A stretch of 64,000 nt of DNA, taken from assembly GCA_045616815.1 (NCBI GenBank), contig JAZLHN010000173.1:10564-74563 (forward strand), read 5' to 3'. This document shows, in pieces, positions 1 to 7,925 of the stretch. The notes under the pieces are model-generated. The model made no database searches. It saw nothing but the letters and a program-made list of their open reading frames with translations, and was not told the DNA's origin. This DNA is from Acutalibacteraceae bacterium (lineage in GTDB: Bacteria > Bacillota > Clostridia > Oscillospirales > Acutalibacteraceae). The stretch's first letter is position 1. Every line of letters begins with the position of its first letter. Position numbers and translations under genes: made by a program.

Positions 1-1
1 G

Positions 2-367
2 GGCGTTTTCCGCGAATGTATCGCCGAGCTTATGAAGTCCGACGAGGTGCGGTATTCGTTCCGCACGGGCGCGGAGGACGTGAGCCTGCCCGTGAAGGAT
101 ATCGTCTATTTTGAAAGCGACAAGCGCAAGATCACCGTAAAGTGCGTGAACGCGCGCGAATATTCCTTCTACGGCAAATTGGACGCCGTGGAGGAGGCGC
201 TGAAAAAGAACGATTTCGTGCGCTGCCATCAGAGCTTCCTTGTGAACGCCGCAAAAATAACGTCCGTGGGCGCGGGAGAGCTGACGCTGAACGACGGCGT
301 ATCTATCCCCGTGAGCAAGCACCGGATGAAGGAGACGAACGAAGCCTTCCTCTGGGCGATGAGATAG
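2..367 (+). CDS. LytTR DNA-binding domain, C-terminal part of a LytR/AgrA-type response regulator (5' end lies outside the window)
   Basis: The ORF is open to the window edge. The segment DIVYFESDKRKITV...FVRCHQSFLVN...IPVSKHR fits the LytTR pattern, and a cognate-type kinase gene follows. Confidence 0.8.
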   Translation, partial: GVFRECIAELMKSDEVRYSFRTGAEDVSLPVKDIVYFESDKRKITVKCVNAREYSFYGKLDAVEEALKKNDFVRCHQSFLVNAAKITSVGAGELTLNDGVSIPVSKHRMKETNEAFLWAMR

Positions 368-372
368 TATAA

Positions 373-414
373 TTTTCAGTTTTCAGTTTTCAGTTTTCAG
401 TTTTCAGTTTTAAG
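373..414. repeat. Tandem heptanucleotide repeat (TTTTCAG)x5 plus TTTTAAG in the regulator-kinase intergenic spacer
   Basis: Read directly: ttttcag repeated 5 times head to tail, then ttttaag. It lies between the stop at 365-367 and the ATG at 423. Confidence 0.95.
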
Positions 415-422
415 TTGCTGCT

Positions 423-1781
423 ATGATAACAAGGCTTCTGAATGATTATCAGAATATTCTGTTCAACACCGCGATCATTTTTTCGTCGGTGTTTGAGCTC
501 GTGCTCGCGTATATCCTCGTAACGAACTTTTACGAATCGCGGCTGAAAAAACGCAGCTTTGATTTTCTTCCCTTCGTCGCCGTTGCCGCGGGCGTCATTT
601 TTCTGCGGCAGCGCGGAGTCGACGAAAAATACTGCTATATAGCCGAATGCGCCGTGCTGCTCGTTTTCCTGTTCCTTCTGTATAAGGGGGACGTTCGTTC
701 AAAGCTCATCGGCGCGTCGGCGTTCGTGCTGATGCTTTCGGCGGCGAAAATCGGCTCCGCGTTCCTTCTGCTCATCACCGGGCGGCATTTCGGCGTGGAA
801 AAGGCGGCGCCGTATATGCAGCTCATCGAGCTTGCCGTTTCCAACGGCATCATGATCGTATTGTCGGTGCTCATCAGCATCTTCGCGCGGCATTATACGA
901 CCCGCGCGCCCGCTTCGTTCCGGTTGTGGCTCGCGCTTTTCTCCGTTCCGGTCATCACGATGACGACGTTTTCGGTGTTCCAGTATTATCTCACGCTCAA
1001 TCCCGATCCCGCCGACAAAATGATCGTCCGCTATATCTATCTGTCCGGTGCGGGACTCATTTTCGTGAATATCCTCGTTTTCGTGCTGTTTTCGAGGCTG
1101 CAGAAGCAGTTGATCCTCAAACGCGACACCGATATCCTCACGGCGCAGCTCGACCAGCAGGAAATGTCGGTGCTTCGTTTAGAAACGCTGTACAACCGCA
1201 CCCGCTCTTTCCGTCACGATATAAAAAACCATATTCTGCTCATGAACATGCTCGCCGAACAGGGGAATTTCGACGAGCTGAAAAAATATCTGCGCGATAT
1301 GAGCGGCGTCATCGACGAATCTGACTACGTGCGCATCAGCGGTGTTTCCGCGGTGGACGCCATATTGAATGAAAAAATGTACGAGGCGCAGGCGAAGGGG
1401 ATCACCACGAACTACGACGTGGTGAATCTCGACAAAAACAATATACAGCCCATCGACCTGTGTGTGATCCTTTCCAACGCGCTCGATAACGCCATCGAGG
1501 CAAATGAAAAGATCGAAGACGCTTCCGGCCGCTATATAAAGCTCAAGGTACACGGCAACGAAACGTTCAGTGTGATCAGCGTTTCCAATCCGTCGGGGGA
1601 GGAGCCGAAGAAAACGTCCTCCGGGCTTTTCGCCACGTCCAAGGAGGACGCCGAGGCGCACGGTTTCGGACTCAAAAGCATAGAAAACACCATGAAAAAA
1701 TACCGGGGAGAAATGGTCGCCAAGTGTGAGGACGGCATATTCACGCTCGTTGTGCGGCTCAATTCCGCTCCGAAAACATAA
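423..1781 (+). CDS. Membrane sensor histidine kinase, AgrC/LytS-like GHKL (HPK10-type)
   Basis: The N-terminal ~230 aa are hydrophobic helices. H-box-like FRHDIKNH, N-box LSNALDNAIEA and G-box HGFGLKSIE are present. Confidence 0.8.
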   Translation: MITRLLNDYQNILFNTAIIFSSVFELVLAYILVTNFYESRLKKRSFDFLPFVAVAAGVIFLRQRGVDEKYCYIAECAVLLVFLFLLYKGDVRSKLIGASAFVLMLSAAKIGSAFLLLITGRHFGVEKAAPYMQLIELAVSNGIMIVLSVLISIFARHYTTRAPASFRLWLALFSVPVITMTTFSVFQYYLTLNPDPADKMIVRYIYLSGAGLIFVNILVFVLFSRLQKQLILKRDTDILTAQLDQQEMSVLRLETLYNRTRSFRHDIKNHILLMNMLAEQGNFDELKKYLRDMSGVIDESDYVRISGVSAVDAILNEKMYEAQAKGITTNYDVVNLDKNNIQPIDLCVILSNALDNAIEANEKIEDASGRYIKLKVHGNETFSVISVSNPSGEEPKKTSSGLFATSKEDAEAHGFGLKSIENTMKKYRGEMVAKCEDGIFTLVVRLNSAPKT

Positions 1782-1805
1782 GATCAAAATAAAGAGGTAG
1801 GTATC

Positions 1806-2837
1806 ATGTTCAAAGAATACGCTCGGTTCGCGCTCGATAAAACGTTGGAGCTGCTTGCCATCGACAGCCCCACAGGCTACACGGCAGAGGTCGCCGAAAA
1901 AATAAAGAACGAATTCCTTTCACTCGGCTGCAAGGCGTTTATTGCCGAAAAGGGCGGTGTCGCCGCCGAGATCGGGGGAAAAGACGAAACCAACGCGCTT
2001 CTTTTAGAGGCGCACGCCGATACCTTAGGCGGCATGGTGTGCGAGATAAAGGGCACGGGTGCTTTGAAGCTCACGCCTCTCGGCGGGCTTTGCGCCGCCA
2101 ACTGCGAAACGGAAAACTGCCGCGTTATCACGAAGAGCGGCAAGATCTACGAGGGCACGGTGCAGCTGCACGATCCGTCCGTCCACGTCAACGGCGATTT
2201 CCGCACGAAAGAGCGTTCTTTTGATACGGTGGAGGTCATCCTCGACGAGGACGTGAAGAAAGCCGAGGACGTGAAGGCGCTCGGCATCCGCAACGGCGAT
2301 ATCGTGTGCATGGAGCCCCGCACTCGCGTGACCGCTTCCGGCTACATCAAGAGCCGCTTCCTCGACGATAAGCTGAGCGTGGGCATCATCCTCGGCTTCG
2401 CGAAATACTTAAAGGATAACGGCATCGAGCCGGAGAGAAAAATATACGTTCACATCACCGTGTATGAAGAGGTGGGGCACGGTGCCGCCGCCTGCCCGTT
2501 CACGGGGGTCACCGAAGCCCTTTCGGTGGATATGGGGTGCGTGGGCGATGGTCTCGAATGCACCGAAAAGCAGGTGAGCATCTGCGCCAAGGATTCGGGC
2601 GGCCCGTATTCCTATGAGATGGTGAAAAAGCTCATCGCCGCCGCGGAAAAAACGGGCGCGGACTACGCCGTGGACGTTTACCCGCATTACGGCTCCGACG
2701 TGGAAGCAACGCTGGACGCCGGAAACGATTTCCGTCACGGACTCATCGGCGCGGGCGTTTTCGCTTCCCACGGCTACGAGAGAAGCCATATAAGCGGCGT
2801 GGAGAATACGATAAAATTACTTGCGGGACTTGTTTGA
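1806..2837 (+). CDS. M42-family metallo-aminopeptidase (FrvX/PepA/YsdC-like)
   Basis: Motif pattern IDSPTGYT, EAHADTLGGMV, SRFLDDK and YEEVGHGAA in a 343-aa protein is typical of M42 peptidases. A GGT-rich SD lies upstream. Confidence 0.7.
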   Translation: MFKEYARFALDKTLELLAIDSPTGYTAEVAEKIKNEFLSLGCKAFIAEKGGVAAEIGGKDETNALLLEAHADTLGGMVCEIKGTGALKLTPLGGLCAANCETENCRVITKSGKIYEGTVQLHDPSVHVNGDFRTKERSFDTVEVILDEDVKKAEDVKALGIRNGDIVCMEPRTRVTASGYIKSRFLDDKLSVGIILGFAKYLKDNGIEPERKIYVHITVYEEVGHGAAACPFTGVTEALSVDMGCVGDGLECTEKQVSICAKDSGGPYSYEMVKKLIAAAEKTGADYAVDVYPHYGSDVEATLDAGNDFRHGLIGAGVFASHGYERSHISGVENTIKLLAGLV

Positions 2838-2883
2838 AACAGCCTGCAGGACGGTAAATTTTTGTTTGAAGAGTAAAACGAAG

Positions 2884-3058
2884 CATTTGAATCATAACGC
2901 CTCCCCTTTTAGGGGAGGGTGGACCAACCGACAGGTTGGTGGAGAGGTTCAATGCGAGTTTCCGTCATATTGTTGTCACGGCGGCAATCACGGAACCTCA
3001 CCGCCACGCTTACGCGCGGCCCTCCTCCCCTAAGAGGGGAGGCGTTGTGTTAGAAATG
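2884..3058. repeat. About 175-bp imperfect palindromic element (about 40-bp inverted arms, each carrying its own CCTCCCC/GGGGAGG hairpin)
   Basis: Left arm: catttgaatcataacgcctccccttttaggggagggtggacc. Reverse complement of right arm: catttctaacacaacgcctcccctcttaggggaggagggcc. An inner GGTGGAGAGGTTC / GGAACCTCACCGCC pairing is also present. Confidence 0.7.
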
Positions 3059-3143
3059 TTTCGCGCGCTCCCGCGACAGCCTCCGCACTAACCTGCAATT
3101 TACCGTTTTATCTCCTGATGATGTGAAGAATCGAGGTAATATA

Positions 3144-4259
3144 ATGAAAATGAATTTTTGCGTTCCCTGCCTGTTGGGGTTGGAGGGACTTATAGCGGAC
3201 GAATTGAGAGAAATGGAGGCCGAAAACGTGGTCGCCGAAAACGGCAGAGTGCTTTTTTCCGGCGATGAATATACGCTCGCGCGGGCGAATATCCGCTCCC
3301 GCTACGCCGAGCGCATCCTCGTGATGCTCGGCACGTTCGAGGCTCACTCGTTCGAAGAGCTGTTTCAGGGCACCAAGGCTCTGCCGTGGGAGGACTGGAT
3401 CGGCAAGACCGATCAGTTCCCGGTCAAGGGATATTCGCTCAACTCCGATCTGTTCAGCGTGAGCGACTGTCAGGCGATCATCAAAAAAGCGGTCGTGGAG
3501 CGGCTGAAAACGAAGTTCATGATCCCGTGGTTCGAGGAAACGGGCGCCATGTATCAGATCCAGTTTTCCATCATGAAAAATCAGGTCAGCCTGTTCATAG
3601 ATTCCTCCGGCAGAGGTCTGCACAAGCGCGGCTACCGTCCCGCGGCGAACGCCGCCCCGCTGAAAGAAACACTCGCGGCGTCGCTTTGTTCCATATCGCA
3701 TTTAAGGCATTATCATACGCTCTACGATCCCATGTGCGGCTCCGGCACCATCATCATCGAGGGTGCGCTGATGGCACTCAACATCGCCCCCGGCATCGGC
3801 AGACGCTTCACCGCCGAACAGTGGAGGCAGGCGCCGGCGAAGGTGTGGCAGGAGGAGAGAACGAAAGCGCGTGAACTGCAGCGGCACGATATCGAATTCC
3901 ACGGCTACGGCTACGATATCGACCCAGAGGCGCTCGAGATCGCCAAAGAGAACGCGAAGCGCGCGGGCGTGGCGGATTACGTCACCTTTGAACTGAAAGA
4001 CGCGAAGGATTTTGCCCCCGTTACCGAAAAGGCGACCGTCATCGTCAACCCGCCCTACGGCGAACGCCTCATGGATATCGAGCAGGCGCGGAAGCTCTAT
4101 AAGGTCCTCGGCGAACGCTTCAAACCCGTGAAGGGCAGAAGCTACACCATCATCACCGCCGACGAGGATTTCGAACGCGCCTTCGGCCGGAAAGCCGATA
4201 AGCGCCGCAAGCTCTATAACGGCATGATCAAGTGCCAGGTGTATATGTATTTCAAATAA
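3144..4259 (+). CDS. THUMP-domain class I SAM-dependent RNA (N6-adenine/guanine-N2 type) methyltransferase, RlmL/YpsC-like
   Basis: SAM motif DPMCGSGTIIIEGA and catalytic VNPPYGERL are present, with a THUMP-like N-terminal half. SD gaggt lies 6 nt before ATG 3144 (the ORF track starts at 3123). Confidence 0.75.
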   Translation: MKMNFCVPCLLGLEGLIADELREMEAENVVAENGRVLFSGDEYTLARANIRSRYAERILVMLGTFEAHSFEELFQGTKALPWEDWIGKTDQFPVKGYSLNSDLFSVSDCQAIIKKAVVERLKTKFMIPWFEETGAMYQIQFSIMKNQVSLFIDSSGRGLHKRGYRPAANAAPLKETLAASLCSISHLRHYHTLYDPMCGSGTIIIEGALMALNIAPGIGRRFTAEQWRQAPAKVWQEERTKARELQRHDIEFHGYGYDIDPEALEIAKENAKRAGVADYVTFELKDAKDFAPVTEKATVIVNPPYGERLMDIEQARKLYKVLGERFKPVKGRSYTIITADEDFERAFGRKADKRRKLYNGMIKCQVYMYFK

Positions 4260-4336
4260 TCGACTTTTCTTTCTTGACTGTGACGCAAACTTGTTGTAGA
4301 ATAGCATTCGGCAAGATTCATCACAGTCGAATATTT

Positions 4337-4413
4337 CCGTCCGTGGCGCAGCTGGATAACGCAGCAGATTCCGATTCTGAAGATCGGGGGTTCGAATCCC
4401 TTCGGGCGGGCCA
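4337..4413 (+). tRNA. tRNA-Arg (anticodon CCG) with encoded CCA
   Basis: Hand-folded cloverleaf: acceptor ccgtccg/cgggcgg (one G-U), anticodon loop ttCCGat, 5-nt variable loop, T arm ggggg-ttcgaat-ccctt, discriminator g, CCA. Confidence 0.85.
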
Positions 4414-4450
4414 AATTCATCGGGCACCTTTGGGTGCCCAATGAATTTTT
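4414..4450 (+). terminator. Rho-independent terminator after tRNA-Arg
   Basis: Stem aaattcatcgggcacc / gggtgcccaatgaattt is followed by a T-run. Confidence 0.8.
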
Positions 4451-4551
4451 AAAGTGCACAGTACCGAAGGGATGAGAACGTAGGAGCGGTACTGAATGAA
4501 CGTCCGGTGGACGTTCAGAGCCGCGAATGACCGAGCGCCGCAGCGCGAGAA

Positions 4552-4574
4552 TTCGAATCCCTTCGGGCGGGCCA
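4552..4574 (+). repeat. Exact 23-bp direct repeat of the tRNA-Arg 3' end (att-like scar)
   Basis: ttcgaatcccttcgggcgggcca occurs at 4391-4413 and again at 4552-4574. The sequence upstream of the second copy does not fold into a cloverleaf. Confidence 0.85.
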
Positions 4575-4576
4575 AC

Positions 4577-4616
4577 AAAAAAGTCTCTTTTGTCTGCCGA
4601 CAAAAGGGACTTTTTT
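4577..4616 (+). terminator. Hairpin/terminator immediately after the duplicated tRNA 3' end
   Basis: Stem aaaaaagtctcttttgtc / gacaaaagggactttttt with loop tgcc. Confidence 0.6.
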
Positions 4617-4710
4617 GAACGATGTGTTCCTATCGGAACGTGATGTGCGCTTCGCGCGTGATGCTTGCCTACGGCGAGTGATGTGCGCGGCGGCGCGTAA
4701 GTGGAACACA

Positions 4711-4899
4711 TCACATCACTTTGCGGTGAAGCCGTAAAACATCACTATGGCATACGCCATAACATCTCTGTGCCATAGGCACAACAAGTGTATTTCTCGC
4801 GGCAATCGGCGATTTGAGTTCAAGAAGAATATAATCCTTGATCGACATCAGCTGCTGCTGTGCCTGTGGAGTAATAATGACTCTATACTTTTTGATCAT
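4711..4899 (-). pseudogene. RelE/ParE-family toxin, C-terminally truncated or diverged (62 aa versus the usual ~90-105)
   Basis: The N-terminus KYRVIITPQAQQQLMSIKDYI...SPIAARN is typical of the family. The remainder is unrelated and stops next to the repeat-rich scar region. It abuts the antitoxin stop. Confidence 0.6.
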
Positions 4900-4900
4900 A

Positions 4901-5200
4901 TTATACTCCCTGCATCAAATCAGAAAAAACTTCCGCGGCAGGCTTACCCGATTTCGCATTTGCTTCCGACAAGCCCTGCTCCATCATTTTATCAAAAGCG
5001 ACAGCATCCATTTCGTCTCTCGCAGCAGGTGAGCAGGGAATAGAGAGCGAGAACGGGATACTCTTTGTTAAAATGATTTGTTTATACAGCATATTTATGA
5101 GTACAGAAGTGGGAACGCCAAGCGTTTCGAGAATGGTTTCTGCCTGCATTTTAACATCCGGTTCCACCCTTGCAAGAACATTTGCGGTTTTAGTTGCCAT
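4901..5200 (-). CDS. RelB/DinJ-family type II antitoxin
   Basis: ANVLARVEPDVKMQAETILETLGVPTSVLINMLYKQI matches the RelB/DinJ ribbon-helix-helix N-terminus. It sits upstream of and adjacent to the toxin remnant. Confidence 0.75.
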   Translation of the reverse strand: MATKTANVLARVEPDVKMQAETILETLGVPTSVLINMLYKQIILTKSIPFSLSIPCSPAARDEMDAVAFDKMMEQGLSEANAKSGKPAAEVFSDLMQGV

Positions 5201-5431
5201 AATATCATCTTCCTTTCAATGATATTATTCGCCATTGTATAACAAATAGCAATACAAATTTACATTTTCTGTATTTTACAAATTCTGTTTTTCAATATAG
5301 GCAGGGATCCTTTCTTTGATCTTTGCCATTCGTTTCGTGATGGCACTGTGATTTAATTACTGAAAATAGTTATTTTAAATGAGATTTTTTGCTTCTTAGT
5401 GTAGTATATAAAGTGAAAGGGGGTCGGTCAT

Positions 5432-5926
5432 ATGTGTTCATTTGGTACCGATGAATACATAAGCGGTCTTGTCGAAAAGTACAGCGCTTCTTTGCTGCGC
5501 GCGGCATTTGCGATTCTGAAAAATACCGCGGACGCGCAGGATGCCGTACAGGAAGCCTTCCTTGTTTTAATAAAAAGACAGCCCGTTTTTGAAAACGAGG
5601 AGCACGAAAAGGCATGGTTGATACGCGTGACGGTGAACAAGGCGAAGTCCATGCTTCGTTTATCCCGTCGGGCGAGCTTTTTACCAATCGACGAGCTGCC
5701 CGAGGAGCTTTTAAGCGAAGAGCCCGAGGGACTGAACGAGCCTCTTTCCGCCCTGATGCTTTTGCCCGAAAAATACAGAACGGTTTTACATCTGTATTAT
5801 TACGAGGGTTATTCACAAAAAGAAATAGCCGCTATATTGAGCAAGCCCCTGTCTACCGTGGAAACGCTGATTTCGCGCGGGCGGGCAAGGCTTAAAAAAA
5901 TGCTGGAAGGAGAATACGAATGTTGA
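5432..5926 (+). CDS. ECF-type sigma-70 family RNA polymerase sigma factor
   Basis: Region 2 (DAQDAVQEAFLVL...WLIRVTVNKA) and region 4 (YYYEGYSQKEIAAILSKPLSTVETLISRGRARLKK) are present. SD aaggggg lies upstream. Confidence 0.85.
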   Translation: MCSFGTDEYISGLVEKYSASLLRAAFAILKNTADAQDAVQEAFLVLIKRQPVFENEEHEKAWLIRVTVNKAKSMLRLSRRASFLPIDELPEELLSEEPEGLNEPLSALMLLPEKYRTVLHLYYYEGYSQKEIAAILSKPLSTVETLISRGRARLKKMLEGEYEC

Positions 5927-6801
5927 AATTTGCCGACGAATACACAAAAAAAATGGCTTCGGTGAAATTCGATGAGGATTTCAAAAAAAGCACTTCCGTT
6001 CTGCTCACGGCGGCGCTTGAACGAAAGGAGCATAAAACAAATATGAAAAACAAAAAAACACTCAGAATTCTGATCGCTGCGGCGATCCTTGCGCTGCTCA
6101 CCGTTTCGGCGGGAGCCGCCGTAAAATTCTTTCTTCCGTCGTATTTTGAAAACACCGGAATGCAGTTTGAAAATGTAAAAACCGTGATCGATACCGGCAA
6201 AGCGACCGAGGAAACGGTGCAGACGGTTCAGAAAACATACGAAACGGAAGACTATATCATCACCTTTGAAGCCATCGTTGACGCGAACGTCCTGAACGCG
6301 GACGTGGGGCTTATGGCACCCGAGGACGGCGAGATGACGCTTGCCGTTTTCACGCTTCGTCGCACGGACGGAAAGAGCGTTTTCACCGTGTTCGACCCGG
6401 AGGATGATAAAACGCTGACCCCCGGAAATCTTGGCTTCCTACCGCTGATCAAGGGGTATTATCCGAACCCATGTATGTGGTATGAAGGGGTACTGAACTG
6501 GACTCCCTACGAGGAAAACGGCGTGCTTTATATGCTGTGCGATATCACCCCTCTGAATGCCTTTGCGGACAAAGAGCTTTCCATTGCCGTTTCGGATTCA
6601 TTTCTGATCAACTGCGATATTCTCGGAATGACAGAGGACGGCGAATTCTATTATAAGGAAGGCACCGGACATATTCCCGCGCTGTTCGACTTTGATCTGC
6701 CGGACGAAAGAGCCGACCACGAGAAAGCGGCGCAGATGATCGACGAAAGACCGTTCCTGAACTATGAGGAGTGGCACTCTGCTGTTGAAGCAGGCGAATG
6801 A
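5920..6801 (+). CDS. Single-pass membrane protein, putative anti-sigma factor (DUF4179-like layout)
   Basis: Its start overlaps the sigma gene stop (ATGTTGA). It has a short cytoplasmic N-terminus, a TM helix LRILIAAAILALLTVSAGAAV and an extracytoplasmic domain. Confidence 0.6.
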   Translation: MLKFADEYTKKMASVKFDEDFKKSTSVLLTAALERKEHKTNMKNKKTLRILIAAAILALLTVSAGAAVKFFLPSYFENTGMQFENVKTVIDTGKATEETVQTVQKTYETEDYIITFEAIVDANVLNADVGLMAPEDGEMTLAVFTLRRTDGKSVFTVFDPEDDKTLTPGNLGFLPLIKGYYPNPCMWYEGVLNWTPYEENGVLYMLCDITPLNAFADKELSIAVSDSFLINCDILGMTEDGEFYYKEGTGHIPALFDFDLPDERADHEKAAQMIDERPFLNYEEWHSAVEAGE

Positions 6802-7245
6802 GCCACAGAAACGCTGGAAAAGTTCGGGCACACGGAGGTTACCGTTCCGGCTGTTGCGGCGACCTGCAAAGCGACCGGACTTACCGAAGGCAGTAAGTGC
6901 TCCGTCTGCGATACGATCCTTGTGGCGCAGACCGTAACGGATAAGCTCTCTCACACTTGGGACGGTGGTGTCGTTACTTCTCCTGCAACTTGTAAGGCAG
7001 AAGGCAGTGCGACATATACTTGCGTTGTTTGCGATACTCAAAAGACTGAAAAGGTTGCAAAACTTCCTCATGAGTATGAGAATGGCATTTGTGTAAATTG
7101 CGGTGCTGAAGAACCCGCTCCTGCAACATGTTCACATCTGTGTCATAAGACCGGTTTCCTTGGTTTCATCTGGAAGATAATCAATCTCTTTAACAAACTC
7201 TTCAAGATTAACCAGTACTGTTCATGCGGTGCTAAACACTGGTAA
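6802..7245 (+). other. Cys-rich CxxC-repeat segment, in frame with the preceding gene across a TGA; gene fragment or read-through extension
   Basis: The same frame as 5920-6801 is open directly after TGA 6799-6801. It translates to ATETLEKFGHTEVTVPAVAATCKATGLTEGSKCSVCDT...TYTCVVCDT...CVNCG...CSCGAKHW. Only a GTG at 6922 could serve as an internal start. Confidence 0.45.
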
Positions 7246-7255
7246 AACAACCAAT

Positions 7256-7284
7256 GCGGTCTTCGGATAACCTCCGAAGACCGC
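7256..7284. terminator. Hairpin between convergent genes
   Basis: gcggtcttcgga-taacc-tccgaagaccgc, a perfect 12-bp stem. Confidence 0.6.
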
Positions 7285-7296
7285 AAAACTATATTA

Positions 7297-7554
7297 TTAA
7301 TAAATCAGCTCCCGGAAAATGATTTCTTCTGCACAGTGGCGGTAGTTGTTCATCAGCCCAACCCATTTCATCGGATCGGTACGCTTGAGTGTTTCATCGC
7401 ATTTTTCCCTCTCGGCAAGCGCTTTCACGGTCTGTTCAAGGATTTCATTTGCCCGCTCGTCCACGTCCCGCAGATGACTTCTCAATTCTCCGTCCATCTG
7501 CAGCAGAGTGTACGTTCCCCGCCGGTGTTCTTTCAGATACGTTTCTCTCAACAT
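7297..7554 (-). pseudogene. TnpV-like protein (Tn4451-type accessory protein), N-terminally truncated fragment
   Basis: GKYGMLRETYLKEHRRGTYTLL...GELRSHLRDVDERANE...MKWVGLMNNYRHCAEEIIFRELIY resembles TnpV as I recall it. The upstream part of the ORF (to 7689) runs through a 12-bp tandem repeat and looks non-native. Confidence 0.5.
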
Positions 7555-7674
7555 CCCGTACTTCCCGAGAGGAGGATATTTCTCCTGATATAAAAAAGCA
7601 GCAAATAAAGCAGCAAATAAAGTAGCGAATAAAAAAACATTGTGGTATACTATGGGCAAAGGAAGTGTTTTTCT

Positions 7675-7893
7675 ATGTACAGAAATCAAAAAAACAAGAA
7701 AGAAAAAGAAGAAACCGGCGGTTATGGTGAAGAGGGCGGGTTTGATGAGACCTTTGCTTTCATCGCGGGGTTTACGGAAGGCGGCGCTCCTTTCGGCGTA
7801 ACGTGGGAAGACGCGAAAAGGCTTGCCGCCGAGGAGGGTGAGCTTATCAACTGTCCTTTTGAGGAAGATGACGAAAAAGAGCTTTCATTCTAA
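7675..7893 (+). CDS. Small acidic hypothetical protein (72 aa)
   Basis: The ORF has an ATG at 7675 (MYRNQKNKK...) and lies directly upstream of the SWIM gene. I recognise no motif. Confidence 0.4.
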   Translation: MYRNQKNKKEKEETGGYGEEGGFDETFAFIAGFTEGGAPFGVTWEDAKRLAAEEGELINCPFEEDDEKELSF

Positions 7894-7925
7894 AAATAAG
7901 GTGATCTGCGGAAGGAGAACGGAAA

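Noticed and set aside
373-414. Repeat array considered as a CRISPR array.
   Set aside because: The units are 7 bp and contiguous with no spacers. No cas genes are present in the window.
4451-4574. Possible second tRNA (or tmRNA/tRNA-like RNA) ending in the duplicated TTCGAATCC...CCA sequence.
   Set aside because: No 5' acceptor strand complementary to cgggcgg and no D or anticodon arms could be folded upstream. Only a 9-bp hairpin (tgaacgtcc/ggacgttca) is present. It is better explained as an att-site duplication.
4214-4714. 166-aa and 241-aa minus-strand ORFs (4214-4714, 3702-4427) and a 197-aa ORF at 3108-3701.
   Set aside because: They overlap the tRNA, its terminators and the well-supported THUMP methyltransferase gene on the other strand. 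I see no motifs.
6598-7071. A 157-aa minus-strand ORF spanning the anti-sigma/Cys-rich junction.
   Set aside because: It overlaps two plus-strand coding segments with recognisable features. It has no SD or motif.
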